A DNA stretch of 33,898 nucleotides. It comes from Hyphochytrium catenoides. Its lineage: Eukaryota > Protista > Hyphochytriomycota. A program made the translations under genes and the position numbers. The stretch is taken from the NCBI GenBank assembly GCA_900088475.1, contig FLMG01000980.1, positions 1 to 33,898 of the forward strand, given 5' to 3'. The notes beneath the pieces are model-generated. The model was not told the origin of the DNA and ran no database searches. It worked only from the letters and a program-made list of their open reading frames with translations. Positions 17,161 to 29,192 of the stretch are shown here, one piece after another (position 1 is the stretch's first letter; each line of letters opens with the position of its first letter).

Positions 17161-19856
17161 TCTGCTGGCGTCTCCGCTTCAGCGGCCCCTTTCAAAATGT
17201 GTATGTCGCGCCAGACCCTTTATATGAATGATGAAGGAAGAGGCTCTTGCCGCCTGATGAGCCTTATTGCCTAGTGACTAGTCTGCTAGTCACATAGTAG
17301 GTTCCTAAATAAAGCGATGTCAGAATGGTGCAGATTTGTGGAGATGGCAGAAAGTTGCAGGTCTGAGTTCTGGCATGAACGAAAGAATGGGAATATTCCC
17401 AATGCTTCATATATTTCAGGAGCGATAGGATGGTAGCCACCATGGGAATTTGACGAGCAATCCATTTCCTATTTGTTTCTTCCGGCGGATCTTTCTTTTT
17501 TCTTGAGCGGAGCTTTCTGTTGAGCTTCTTCTGTCTTTCTCTAGTTCTATGGCTGCTGTTCCCAATAAGCAGAGATTAGATTCAGGGTGCCAATAGCTGC
17601 GATGGCCAGTGGTTGGCTGTTCAAGACAGCTTTATGCATAGACTGCTGACAGGCACTGATCTGCTTGGAAAACTTCCCTTGGGTGTAGTTTGTGGGCTTG
17701 TCTCTTTGGAAGTTCGTGCTGGAAGATCTGCTAGGGCGATTGCTGGTGCCATACTGCGAGCACGGGCATGAATGTCGCTGCAACAGGTGTTTAGACCGTT
17801 ATAAGCTGCTCATGGTTCCCCATCGTAAGGCCTCGGTGCGCCCATAGCCTCGATAGCTTTTGTGAATGAGCAAAGGTGTGATGTTAGGTCTCTCGTAGGT
17901 GGTGGCATTTGAACCTGTGAAATGTCTAATAGAGGCCATCATTCTAGGTCTCTATGGTATGTGAGCCCAGGCAATCCATTGGAGGTTGCTGAGCATCCAG
18001 GGTGAGTTCAGGAGGTGATGTCCTCTCTTTGACTAGGAGCTTTTGGCACTTGAGGCTTGTTCAGGAGAAACTGAAGATTGCTTGGTTGCAACTCTTCAGC
18101 ACAACAGTTTGACACTGACCCCGGAGATTATTACACTGCAAGATAACTGGAAGGGCTGTAAGGTCTGGCGAAGCGAAGCGTGAGACGTCCACAGGGAGGG
18201 TGAAGCAACGCCCACCTTATCTTGACAATCAAGTCCCCTTTATAATCTCACTCTCGGGCTCTGTCATCTCCTGCCCCCCTTCTCTCACCGCTCTCGCTCT
18301 CTTTCTCTCTCTCACTCTCTCTCACGCACACACATCTCTTGCTCGGGCGCTCGTCGTCGCTTTTCCTCTCTACCTGCAGATTAGTGAGGAACGGAGAAAG
18401 AGCAGAGTGTCAGTGTACACTACTCGACTGATAACAGTTATCGCGCAGGAGACAGTATCTGTCGCTCCACATCCCGTTGGCCCTAGCTGACGTTATTTCC
18501 TGATGGACTATTATATACCACAAACTTTGGCCGCCCTGCGATCGTCTTGGCTTACTTTTCTTTCCTATGCGAGTCAGACGAATGGTCTTTAAGGCAAGAG
18601 GCGCACGCGCCCTTTCATCCCCTGCACATGATAGCGGTAATTTCAGCGTTGGACCATTCGAGTGAGCACGCGCTAGTGAGGGAGCATATTGGGTTTCCCA
18701 CTAAGTCGGTAAGGCAAGCAACAACTGCCTGAAGGTTTCCACAGCAGGCAGGAGCAGTCCTCAACACACACTTCGAGAGGAAAACGTCATAGCATCAATG
18801 AGTGATGTAATAAGGGGACTCGACAATCAACTTAGGGTGGCGGTGGCGTCAGTTGGGACGCCTGCTCAGGCTTCTCATCAACTTATCAGCTTTGTCAGAC
18901 GGAGGGATATGGCGGACGTCCGCAAAGATATTACGACCCACCCCAGCAGGAGGGCTATCAATCACTTGTAAACAGTCTTGCGATATGCGTGATCACAGAG
19001 CCTCCTGCCGCTTAGAACAGGTAAGAGGCTATCAAAGCTCCCAGAGGTCCACAGTGGACCCAGCCTATAGGTTTGTGTCAATACTTCAAATTGAGCGAAA
19101 GGAAAGGTGAATACTGTCACGGCAGAGAATAGCTATGGCACGAGCTGAGTAGACCATCTAGCAGCTGGATAATAAGGTGCCACTGGCACAGAGCATGTAA
19201 TACTGGCACAAAGCTCGCGAGACGGTACCTTTTGACCAGAGGTATTAAAAGGAGATGGATCTTAGCACCTCGTCACTAGGCGGCAGGGTACCTCTTTTGG
19301 GTTCAATGTCCTCGTCTCCTGACCGCATGAATTAAGCAACGCGCACATCGCAGGGCTCAGGCAGCAGCAACAGCAAGCCTCATAATAACACAAAGTACTT
19401 GACAAGCTGCAGATTTGACGGCAAAACGTACACGCATGGCCCTGATGACGGCGTGCGTGAGAGAGTTTATAGTTGAGCACAAGCTGCATTCAACAGGGAA
19501 GAGTTTCTATTATATATTTAGCTCTTAGATGGAGCGGAGCCCTAACTCAACATTACTATCCCAGACAAGGCGACTGAAGGCTACCCTGCCATCCCCCACT
19601 CCTGCCACATGTTCTTTCCTGACATCTGCGATCATCAAAGGAGCTCTGCATGGCGCAGTGAGAATAGATCGAGAGCACAGGGTGTCCCCCAAATGAACGG
19701 CACTTATAGGATAGCCTCTTCTCAGGACCCTTCTCACCGGCAGCCAACCCTTACAGCTACCATGGAAAGGAAACGACTATGCCTCACGTTCCATCATTTT
19801 AGTTGTTTCTTGGAAGGGATAAAGCTCGATGAGCCTCTATTTGAAAGCCTACTCTA

Positions 19857-20400
19857 TCAGAACTTGCCTAGACTGTCGATAGATGCTGCCTGTTGCTCTG
19901 CCTGTGCCTCCCTTAATGAAGCCGTGAGCAGGCTGTCTGGGTCATCTGGCCTAAAAATAATGGGTACATTAAGCGGTATGTTCTCGTCCCTTTTCCGTTT
20001 GAGTCTCGCGTCAGCACTTATGATTATGACCCGAAGTTGTGACTCTCCCATTCTTTCTATATCCAGTTTCTGTGCTCCTCCTCGCGTGTGATTAGCACAA
20101 GGAGTACCACCGATTTATCATTTGGATACCAATCCTCATCTTTATGCTCGCTCTTCAGACGTTCATATAGCATGGCTACACGCTTGCAGCCGTTACGACT
20201 TGTCTTACCAGACAGTAGCTCCGGTTGTCGCACCACTGGATTAAATGTGAAGGTAGGAGCCTTCTTTCCTCCCGAGCTATGGACTTTCTTCTTCTTCTCC
20301 AATGTCCGAAGGTTGATATGCTGCTGATAGTCCACGGAGGGGAATTGAACCTCGCTGGTGAGCTTCTCTGAGTCCCTCGTATAGTTGCTGGCCCTCAATC
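19857..20400 (-). CDS. 3' exons of a hypothetical orphan protein
   Basis: Two charged, coding-like minus frames (…HINLRTLEKKKKVHSSGG…EDWYPNDKS and KLDIERMGESQLRVIII…SIDSLGKF*) can be joined by a ~41-nt GT..GCTAAT..CAG intron near 20068-20108. Upstream exons are unresolved. Confidence 0.4.
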
Positions 20401-23400
20401 AGAACGTTGGCTTGCTCATTTACTTCCGCGGTGCTTGTTGGAACACCGAGAAGAAGCAGCAGCATGGATAGTAGCGGCAAGAAAAAGAGTAGCAGAGGGA
20501 GACTTAACCTTCTCGGTTCCCATCGCCGGGTGACTTCCATTCTGCAACAATCTCTGTGTGTCGGTCGTAGAAAGGCTGTCAGCAATAGAGCTGGGCAAGG
20601 TGTCTGATCACGCATTCAGGACACTTGCTAATTGATGCTGGGGAGCTTGAGCGTGCGAAGGAAAAGATGAGCTGAGCCGGACTTGGCTAAAAGGGAACTG
20701 TCAACTGAGTCGGAAGCACCAGCCGCAAGGGACCCAAAAGTCCAAGGACGGAAGCAGCACCTGTGAGAGGCAGCCTTCAAGCAGCTCCGCGCCCTCCTGG
20801 GGCTGAGCGCAACGCTTGGTCCACGATCCCAAGGCATATGAGCACTTTGTAATAAGAAGGCTCAGTGCGGCGCTGCACACAAGAGATCCGGTTTGGCCGG
20901 TTGTCCTCTTCCAGAAGCCGAAGTGCGGTCGCAGCTCCTTCTTTATGTGGTCTATTTCTTGAGTTAGACGGGAGAAGAACAACCCTTGGCGTTCTTAAAG
21001 GCAACCCGCCCTTCCTTCCTTCCTCTCCTGCCTCCATGCGAAAGAATGGAAGATCGTGGTTATTGACAGGGGCAAACCGCCAGTAGTTCTAGTCCGCCCT
21101 AGTTCTCCACCGCGGTCCTCTGCACTCTCCTTTCCCTTGTCGTCAGAGCGGCTGCCATTTCCCCTGCGGAGGTGACAGGTCTTTGCTTCAGTCACTTACT
21201 TTGACCTGAACCCTAACTAGGAAAACAAAGACAGGAAGTGACCAGCACCGACACTTCCGCCTGTCTCACAATCCTTGATGGCAAATGTGCCAAGTAATAA
21301 GCGAGAGGCCTGTCCTCTCCTGCAATAAAATTAACATGTTACGCCTTGTTGACGGTTCACCCGGGCGTTCTACAGAGAACCGAGCAACTCCTCTGAACAT
21401 CTTGACGACTCCTCTTCTCTCTCTCTCTCATGCAGGCGTCACTCTAAGTGGCCACCCAGTACTCTCTCTGCGACACCAGCGAACGGATATACATGTAGAG
21501 CCAATGTAGGGATAAGAAAGGCACCGCCCATCAGCCATAAAACTAGGTGTCCTAGCTGGTTGGCGGCCAACACTTTTGCCGCTCATGGAGTCGGAGTTGA
21601 CAAGGAGAAAAATAGAAAGGAACCTCCAATCCTCGGCTAAAGCTATGTTATCAATGTCATCAAACGGCGGCTGGGTCCTCTGACAACCTTCCTGGTCGCT
21701 TCTCTTCCGACCGTCTGGACCTGTGGGGCCGGTTGAACCGGCTACCTCGCTGCCAGAGCCGCCAAATTTTCCATAGAAGTTGCCAATGAGAATTTGGCGA
21801 AGAAGAATGAGAAGAGCGAAGAGCTAGAACTACAGCGTCGCTGACTGCAGTCCTGGCTGAAAGCTGGTCTCTAGTCAGGGAGCTGGGTCATCTCTTCGTC
21901 CGCTTAGTTCTACGTAGTAGGAGAGAGACCTCTTATTATATAAAAAGCAGAAGAAGTTGCTCTCTCTCTCTTTGTTCTGTGTCTCTCTCTTTCTTTCTTT
22001 CGCTCTCTCTCTTCTCCCTATCACGACTACTCTGTTCCTGCTCCCCAATGTCTGTGTCTCTTTGGGGGAACGTGTTTGTCATCACCTCCTAAAAGATAAG
22101 AGACAGCGTGGTCTTCCGGTCCTTCTTCTACGAAGTTGCTGGCAAGATCAACCTTGACATTTGTTTCCCAGCACAGTTCCAGCTTGGTCTTGCACGCTTT
22201 TACCGCCCTCTCCTGTCGATCTGCTTCTTCTCATATTCCCACTATGTTTCTATGTAGTAGACTGCTTTTCTGCTGCTCTTGCTCTACCTAAGACTTTCTT
22301 CCCATCTCCCCTTCTGCACTTTATATTCTTCTCTCGCCCGGTAAAGGATGATCTTTAACTCGTCTTCCTTCTCGTTCTTCTCTCTTTGTCTCTTTCTTCT
22401 TCTTCCGCCGCTATGTTACGTGGTAGACTCTCCTGCTGTAAGTTTGTAGGCATCATCATCCTGGCAAGACAGCGGCCGGGCACAAGCTCCGGTCTTCGCT
22501 GTAACGTGTACCACCAAGTGTTGGGAACAAATATACTGATGGCAGCACGGACGACGAGGAGAGAGGAAAACGCTGAACTAGCGAATATCAAAGCGCCAGT
22601 TCTCCGACCCTGTCTACGTCCTAGAACTTCCCCTGCCGTACTGATAGTAGGGTCAGCCCTGGGCTAGAGCAACGCTACTGCTGCTGATGACAAGCAGCCT
22701 CCAGGTCAACGAAGACCAATTGTTGTCGGGCTGTCCCTATCAGGTCGTATAAGCTTTTGGAGGGGAGGGTGGTGTGAGGGAGGTGGGAGAGAAGAGGCGA
22801 GAAATCAACAAAGCTCTTGACAGCGCATCGTTGGCGATTGAGTCGTGCTTTCAGGTCGGTCTCGGCCCCATCATCTTTTGATCGCACTGACTCTCCTCTG
22901 TCTTCTCCACTTCTTCCAAGCCTCTGACGCGAGGCGGGTGACGGGCTAAAAACGTATCTTTCGGTTTTAAAAGGAGGAGGGAGCCGGCTCCTATTGTCGT
23001 CCATCTATCTCGCTCTTCTCTTCTCATCCTTCGAAAACGCAGAGATAGACGATGGTTTTCTATGCTGCTTAGGGCAGAGCTTGGAACTGCAAGTGGAGCT
23101 GCTTCAAGGGCAGAGGTGTACCAAAAAGAAAGGTCGTCATCATTTAGTCTCTCAAGAATCACCTAGATCAAGGATCCAAAGGTGCCGTGCAAGTGATGAA
23201 GAAGGTCAGGAAGAGAGGAGAAGAAGGACCTACCCTACCCTACATAGGCTGCTTACTAGAGCTAAGTGCCAGAAGAGGTGTCTCGCCTCCCACGACGTGA
23301 GAAAGGGAATGAAAGAGTGAAGAGGGGCGGGACTTAGAAGTTGCAACGACCTTCTTCCTCTTTATCAAGTCCATGGCTTCTGGTCGCAGCCTTTTTTAAG

Positions 23401-24968
23401 GGGTTTGCATGAAGCGCTGAGGTGGACACGCTGACAGCTAAGGGTGTCGTGCTGCTGACATCAAGGGCGCAGTAACCAGCTTATGAGGGAAGAATAGAGC
23501 AAAAGAAGAGCGATAAGTAATGAGAATGTATCAGAGCAGACAGAGTCGGCTCTCGGTAATATTAGAGACTATAGGAGACAATGTCCCAGAACCAAATCGC
23601 TGGAGTCTGGAGGAACCCAGACATGGACTGTGAGAGATGTGGGCCGGGAGTGAGAGAAAGCTCCAAACATATAGGAATAACCAGGTATCAGGTAACCTGA
23701 TAACAGTAGCCAACATCATCCATTGCGAAAGGCTTTTTCCGTCCGCCGTCACCAGTCTTGCAGAAGAGATCAACTCTTCTTACTGTTGTTGGGCTATCTT
23801 TGACTGCAAATGCTGCCGTCTTCCTGGAACTTTTATCATATCAAGTTAGCTCCAACTATTCCGCATGGTAGATGCTGAAGTGCATCACTTTGGGGCTCTG
23901 CCTTTGTTCACCGGATTAGAAGCGCGAGGTTTATTAAGGGACCCCACTTCTCGAGAAGACTAAACTCTGGAAAGAGGAAAAGCGCCTGGGCCTGGGGATA
24001 GGCGAAGAGGGGCCATAAAGAGGAGGAGAGCCTCACTCAAAAGGCCAGAAAGAGGAAGACCAGCAACGAGGAGTCGTTACCTTTCTGGGTCTGCCACCAT
24101 TTAAAAGGAAAGTCAGGGGAAAGACCGCCTAATGCAGAGAAGAGTCATGCTAGGTTATTCACTGACTCTTTGCTTTTGCAAAAATGCACGTACAACCGCT
24201 TCGGCGGGACGAGATTCCCATGCCTTGCAGTCAAGAACTCAAAGAAGACAGAAAGTCAAAGCAAACGGCTTCCTTTAGGTGAAGTCGGAAGGGATGCAAA
24301 GATTGAGCTTGCGAGAAACGTTCAGTGGCGCCATTTGCTCTAGCTAAAGATCGAAGCCCTGAATCCACCTCTACAACCGTTGACATGCCAGTCAACCCCA
24401 ATAAAACCCTATTTTGGAATCAAAATGTATGGCACCATGTTAGCACTGATGAGCTAATGAGGCCATCCACGAGGACACGGACAACGGTCTCAAAGCATCG
24501 TCATCATGGCTTCATCGTCTCAGACCGTGGGATTTTATGTCTCAATAAAAATCTCAATGATCTCTGTCTGTCATCTTCAATCTTCAACATGCAGATTAAT
24601 TTCACACAATAATTTCTCTGTGGAAAATCGATCACCTTGTTACATCTGATAACTGATGTCAGAGCCCCCCCTGGGGCTATGGTATGTTGATGATTGGAAG
24701 TGGAGGAAGCCTCAGAATTCAATAATCTCAAGAGGAAAGCTTCAGGATGAGGATGAAGATTCCTCCGAGTCCTCGTAGTCTCCGAAATCGCAGAGATGTG
24801 GCAACGCTCGTAGCGCTAGCCTTCCATCGGCCAGATGAGATGACAGCGAATGCAGCAGCAAGCTATCGATATAACCACGAGCCAAGTCAGTAACTGATAG
24901 TGCTCGTGCTCCTGCGATATCGTGACAGAGAGTGAGGTCTACGTACCTAGCTCAGCAAGAAAGGACCC

Positions 24969-26273
24969 ATGAAGCCGATAGCATCAATTGATGTGTCGGT
25001 GCGATCGCTAGAGTCGAACTTAAAGGCACAAGGTCCCACTAGCACGCAACATGTAGTAGTCACCCCAGGACAGGTAGCTCTGTTCCATGTGTTTGAGAAC
25101 GTCCTCGATATCTGACACATGCTTCCAGGTCATAACCAGCGAGCAGGGCTTCCTTCGTGGCCATGGCACCTACGTGGAGAACGGTTGCCTTATCGCAAGT
25201 CTTGCAGGAGTCGTTGAGCGCGTGAATAAGCTCATTAGTGTAAGGCCCCTTAAGTCGAGGTACATCGGTGAAGTAGGTGATATCGTAGTGGGCCGGATCA
25301 CCGATGTCGGCAGCAACCGTTGGAAAGTGGACGTCAATGGGCTTCAGGATGCGGTAAGCCATTATAAGCCAGCAAAGGCTTTGTTTGCGTGCGCATCATG
25401 CACCGCAGCGTCTCTGCTGGTTTTTGACGGTTAACTACTCCGGTTTTTTAGCCTTATTCACTCTGTGTGTGCCTGCTACTCGATTAGCATCCGGCGACTT
25501 CCTGTTATCCTGACATATTTCCGAATACTCTTTCGCAGATTCTGATGCTGTCCAGTGTCAATCTTCCTGGTGGCGTCCAGCGCCGTCGAACGTATGAGGA
25601 CCAGTTGCAGATGCGGAACCTCTTCGAAGAGCACGATCTTATTAGTGCAGAGGTGCAGGAAGTGAGACATGACGGTACCTTGTCTCTCCACACGCGAAGC
25701 CTGAAGTATGGCAAGCTAGAGAATGGACAGTTTCTCTCTGTTCCTCCTTCCTTCATTAGAAGGCTCAAGAATCACACTCTGACTCTCCCTTGTGGAGTGG
25801 ATATTATACTGGGGAACAACGGGTACATCTGGCTGACCTACCGCAGTGAAGAGGCACACCCTGGCGACGAGGAGAAGCACATGAACGAGATCACGGAGAG
25901 CATGCAGCAGCGCCAGAAGAGACACGCAGGTGCGATTAGAGAAAGTTGCTTTCCCTTGAGTTGCCTTCCCTTGATAACCTGTTCTCTTCACCTACTTGGC
26001 TCCGATTGTCCTCTCTCCCTATCTCTTGGGTTTTCTTCGTTCTTATTTGTAGCAACCGAGATTGCCCCAGAAGGTAGAGAAAGGATCTGTCGGGTGCACA
26101 ACGCCATTCTTTGTCTTCGCTCTGTGGGATCTCAGATCTCCCCTACCGCTATAATGGAGGTGTATGATTCCAGCATAGAGTTGAACCTGGAAGCAAAGGA
26201 TATGCTCCACTCGGACAACCTGTCCCGTCTGACAGCCAGAGCCGAAGCTGAGGAAGACGCGATGGACTTTTAG
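24969..26273 (+). CDS. RRP4: RNA exosome cap subunit RRP4 (EXOSC2), 4 exons
   Basis: Exons 24969-25073, 25129-25353, 25539-25929 and 26053-26273, with all introns GT-AG. The product includes VVTPGQVIT..GFLRGHGTY, ASLAGVVERVNKLISV, RYIGEVGDIVVGRI, LSSVNLPGG..RRR, DLISAEVQ, SLHTRSLKYGKL and IILGNNGYIW. Confidence 0.97.
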
Positions 26274-27264
26274 GTCTTCTCTACCGTGCGAGCTCCAGTC
26301 CATTCCCCAAGTCTGTGGGTCCTCTCTCTACTTCTCTGCTTAGATAACACCTTGTACCATAGCTACCACCCCACGAGTGGGTCTAGTGACGCACTCTTTC
26401 AAGTGCTCTTAACCCACCTTTTGTCTCGTAGCCCCTGGTCTCTCTTTGGTGCCGAGTCCTCTTTCCTCTCTCGTCCCAAGCGCCTTCCCACTCTCGTTTC
26501 CTGCCCGCATGCCTTATATAGAAGAAAGCAAACTCCACATTTTCTTGCTATAAAAGCTGAATTTTAACATTCTATACGCTAAGATCTGAGTAGACACCTG
26601 TAAAGAAGAGCGACAAACCGCTATTGTGTGCCACTCCTCAGCTCAGTCATCAAGGACCCACGAAGTCCATATAGTAAAGAACATAAGCAAGAAGTTGCGA
26701 AGAAGCGTTCGTTTGGGAGAAGAAAAAGCGTTCGCTTAGGAGAAGGAGAAAGCAGCGAAAAAGAGAGAGATACAGGATCAATGACCTGTGGAACAGAGAA
26801 ACCCATCGTAGGACATGAGGAATAGGCAACAACGTAAACCCACACATGCTCCTGCTTGTCGGCATCTCTGCCGATGGTAACGTTAGCCGTGACCGCAGGA
26901 GAACGAGAGTGAGACGTGGAGGCATGATTCCCTAGTACTATGAGGTTCCGATTCAGGTCGACGAGCCACTGCATGATGTTCCTAGCCAACCCAGCAGTGA
27001 GGATGTTGTCTTGCCTTACGCTGAGGCGTAACGTTGAAAGAATAACTGGCACGTTAGGGAGAGAGAACTCGGAATGACAATCTTCAGTCCAAGGGTTACT
27101 CTCCTTCCCCTAGCGCATCTGCTATGATATACAATGACGCCTTGTGAAGGTAGGCTTCGAGTGTCCTCACTGTGTGATTTTGGCTAGGTCCACCGGTATA
27201 AGCAAGAGAGGCAAGCTCTCTTTCCTCTCTCTCTCTCTCTCTCTCCCCCGCTGCTTCGTTCTCC

Positions 27265-28663
27265 TCACCACTGGCGCTCCCCCCGATGCGGCATTCCATT
27301 AGGAACAGCCATCTCATGCCCCCGGGGGCTTGGCTCGCTGACGGTTTCACAATAGGCCATGCTGCTTGGACCGATAGAGGAGCCATACATCACCGAAGAG
27401 CCACTGCCCCCAGAACTGGCGTACATGCCATGGTTGTTATAGTGCTGGTGAGGGAGAGGGAGAGGTCCCTGATGACTGTGATGGGCCATGGGATGATATC
27501 CTACTCGTGGATAGCCATACACGGGCGGGCTCCCCGCGATAGGTGGCGTTGACCCGCCTTCCTTGCTCATGTGGTTGATGCCCATGTGCCGTGGCAGCAT
27601 CGGCGGATTGTTAGACTCCATCTCGTACCCTGAAGATGCGTTTTGATACTCTGCAAGGGTGCGTTTCAGCTCCGCGTTCATCATCTGGAGCTCTTCCATC
27701 TTCTTTTGATCCACGCCTGTTTAGGATTGACAGACAGCGCGGTGAGAAAACGCTCGCAAGAGGCATCCTTGGGCCTTGTCCGGTTCCTTCTACCCGGAAA
27801 GACCACGAATAGACGGAGAGACAGGGACAAATGGAGGACAAGCCTATCGCGGACGTACCATTCCTCGACGATTCCACGAGGTTCCTGAGCGTCGCATTGA
27901 CGATCTTTAGCTCTTGATTCTCTTTCCTTAGCTTTGCTGCAGTCTCCTCAAGCTCATGAATCCTCTCTTTGCGTCTCTGACGACTCAGCTTCGCGGCCTT
28001 CCGGTTCAGTTCCAGCCGCTTGAGGCGCTGGGAATATCCATCATTCGCCGAAGCCGCAGACGGAGGAGGGCCCGCTCCTGTGTCGAAAGAACGAGTTAGA
28101 GAAAGGCGAACGATTAAGCGATTGCCTGCCAACAAAGAGAGACTAACAGAAGGGCACACTATCTAGTGCTGATGGTATGAGTCCAAGGATGGCTCCTCCT
28201 GCGCCAAGAGTAAGAAGTATAACAGAAACCGCGGGCCCAGATACAATTAATGGCAAAGAAGTTAACAGGAAGATGAGCATGGCAAGACCCAAGGGTAACA
28301 TGAGACGCACGAAACACGTAGTGGTCAGAGTCTTCTAATGAACTTACCTTCAGAGCTCGTGGAGGATGGCGGTGTACCATCGCTCTTTTCTTTGGATGTG
28401 GTCGCTCCTGTCTTTTGGGCCTTTGGCGGCTTTTTGCTTGGAGGGCGCTCCACCTTCGGTCTTTTGGCAGAGTGTCCATTGGTCTCTGTAGACGAGGAAG
28501 AGGAGCTCTTCACTGTCGGATGCACGGTGCTGTCTCTGTCACTCTCTCCCGCTGCTTTGGTTGATTGGGAGGAAGAGCGGCTCTTCTTGTCGGATTTGGA
28601 TGACCTCGATGAGTTCGAGCCATTAGAGGAAGTGGACGAGGATCCATCCCCCGTCTTCGTCAT
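27265..28663 (-). CDS. bZIP transcription factor, 3 exons
   Basis: Exons 28663-28348, 28077-27859 and 27716-27265 join in frame (G|GTAAGT..CTAAC..ACAG; G|GTACGT..AACAG). The basic region RLKRLELNRKAAKLSRQRRKERI (N-x7-R) is followed by a zipper (LEETAAKLRKENQELKIVNATL). The N-terminus is Ser/Lys-rich and the C-terminus is Pro/His/Met-rich. Confidence 0.88.
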
Positions 28664-28714
28664 CTCACTTGCAGGATGTTGCCATGTGACAGGGCCTCTT
28701 CGTGCCCATTTGCA

Positions 28715-29192
28715 ATGTCTCTCTCTCTCTCTCTGTAGGGTGTGTCTCTGTCCCTCTCTCTCGCTCTCCCTTGCCTATGTCTCTCTTTGCGTATTATACC
28801 TCCTTGTCTTCTTGCAATAGATCTTTTCCGCGTTCGTCTCTTGGTAACTTTCTTGGAGGTCACTTTCTCTCAATCTCCCGTTCTCTGCTCTAGCTTTTCA
28901 AACTCTTTTAACTCTCTCTCTCTCTCTCTCTCTTTCCTTTCTCTGACACTGAAGAACGATGCTGATGAGCTGTTACATCAGAGGTCTTCGCCTCGGAACT
29001 GCTGCTCCTTGGACGAGCGGATGAGTTTCCATCGTTGTGGCGTCACGCCAGTCGTCCGGGCCTGTCTTACAGCAGCACTTGCCGTCTGCCCAAACCAATC
29101 AACCTTGGAAGACAGGGCAACAGAGAAGAGAGAACATAGCGCTCTTTCTCTCTCTCTCTCTCTCTCGTTCTCTCTCTCTCTCTCTTTCTCTG
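28715..29192 (+). repeat. Cluster of (CT)n microsatellites upstream of the bZIP gene
   Basis: Runs at ~28718-28735, ~28912-28932 and ~29142-29190. Confidence 0.9.

Noticed and set aside
24134-24210. Small hairpins including CCGC-TTCG-GCGG (UUCG tetraloop)
   Set aside because: Stems of 4-8 bp are expected by chance in 34 kb, and no known RNA family was recognised.
26703-26748. Two imperfect ~23-nt tandem copies (AAGCGTTCG(T/C)TT(G/A)GGAGAAG); similar short doublets at ~9070 and ~19182
   Set aside because: Two-copy local slippage duplications with no spacers; not CRISPR-like.
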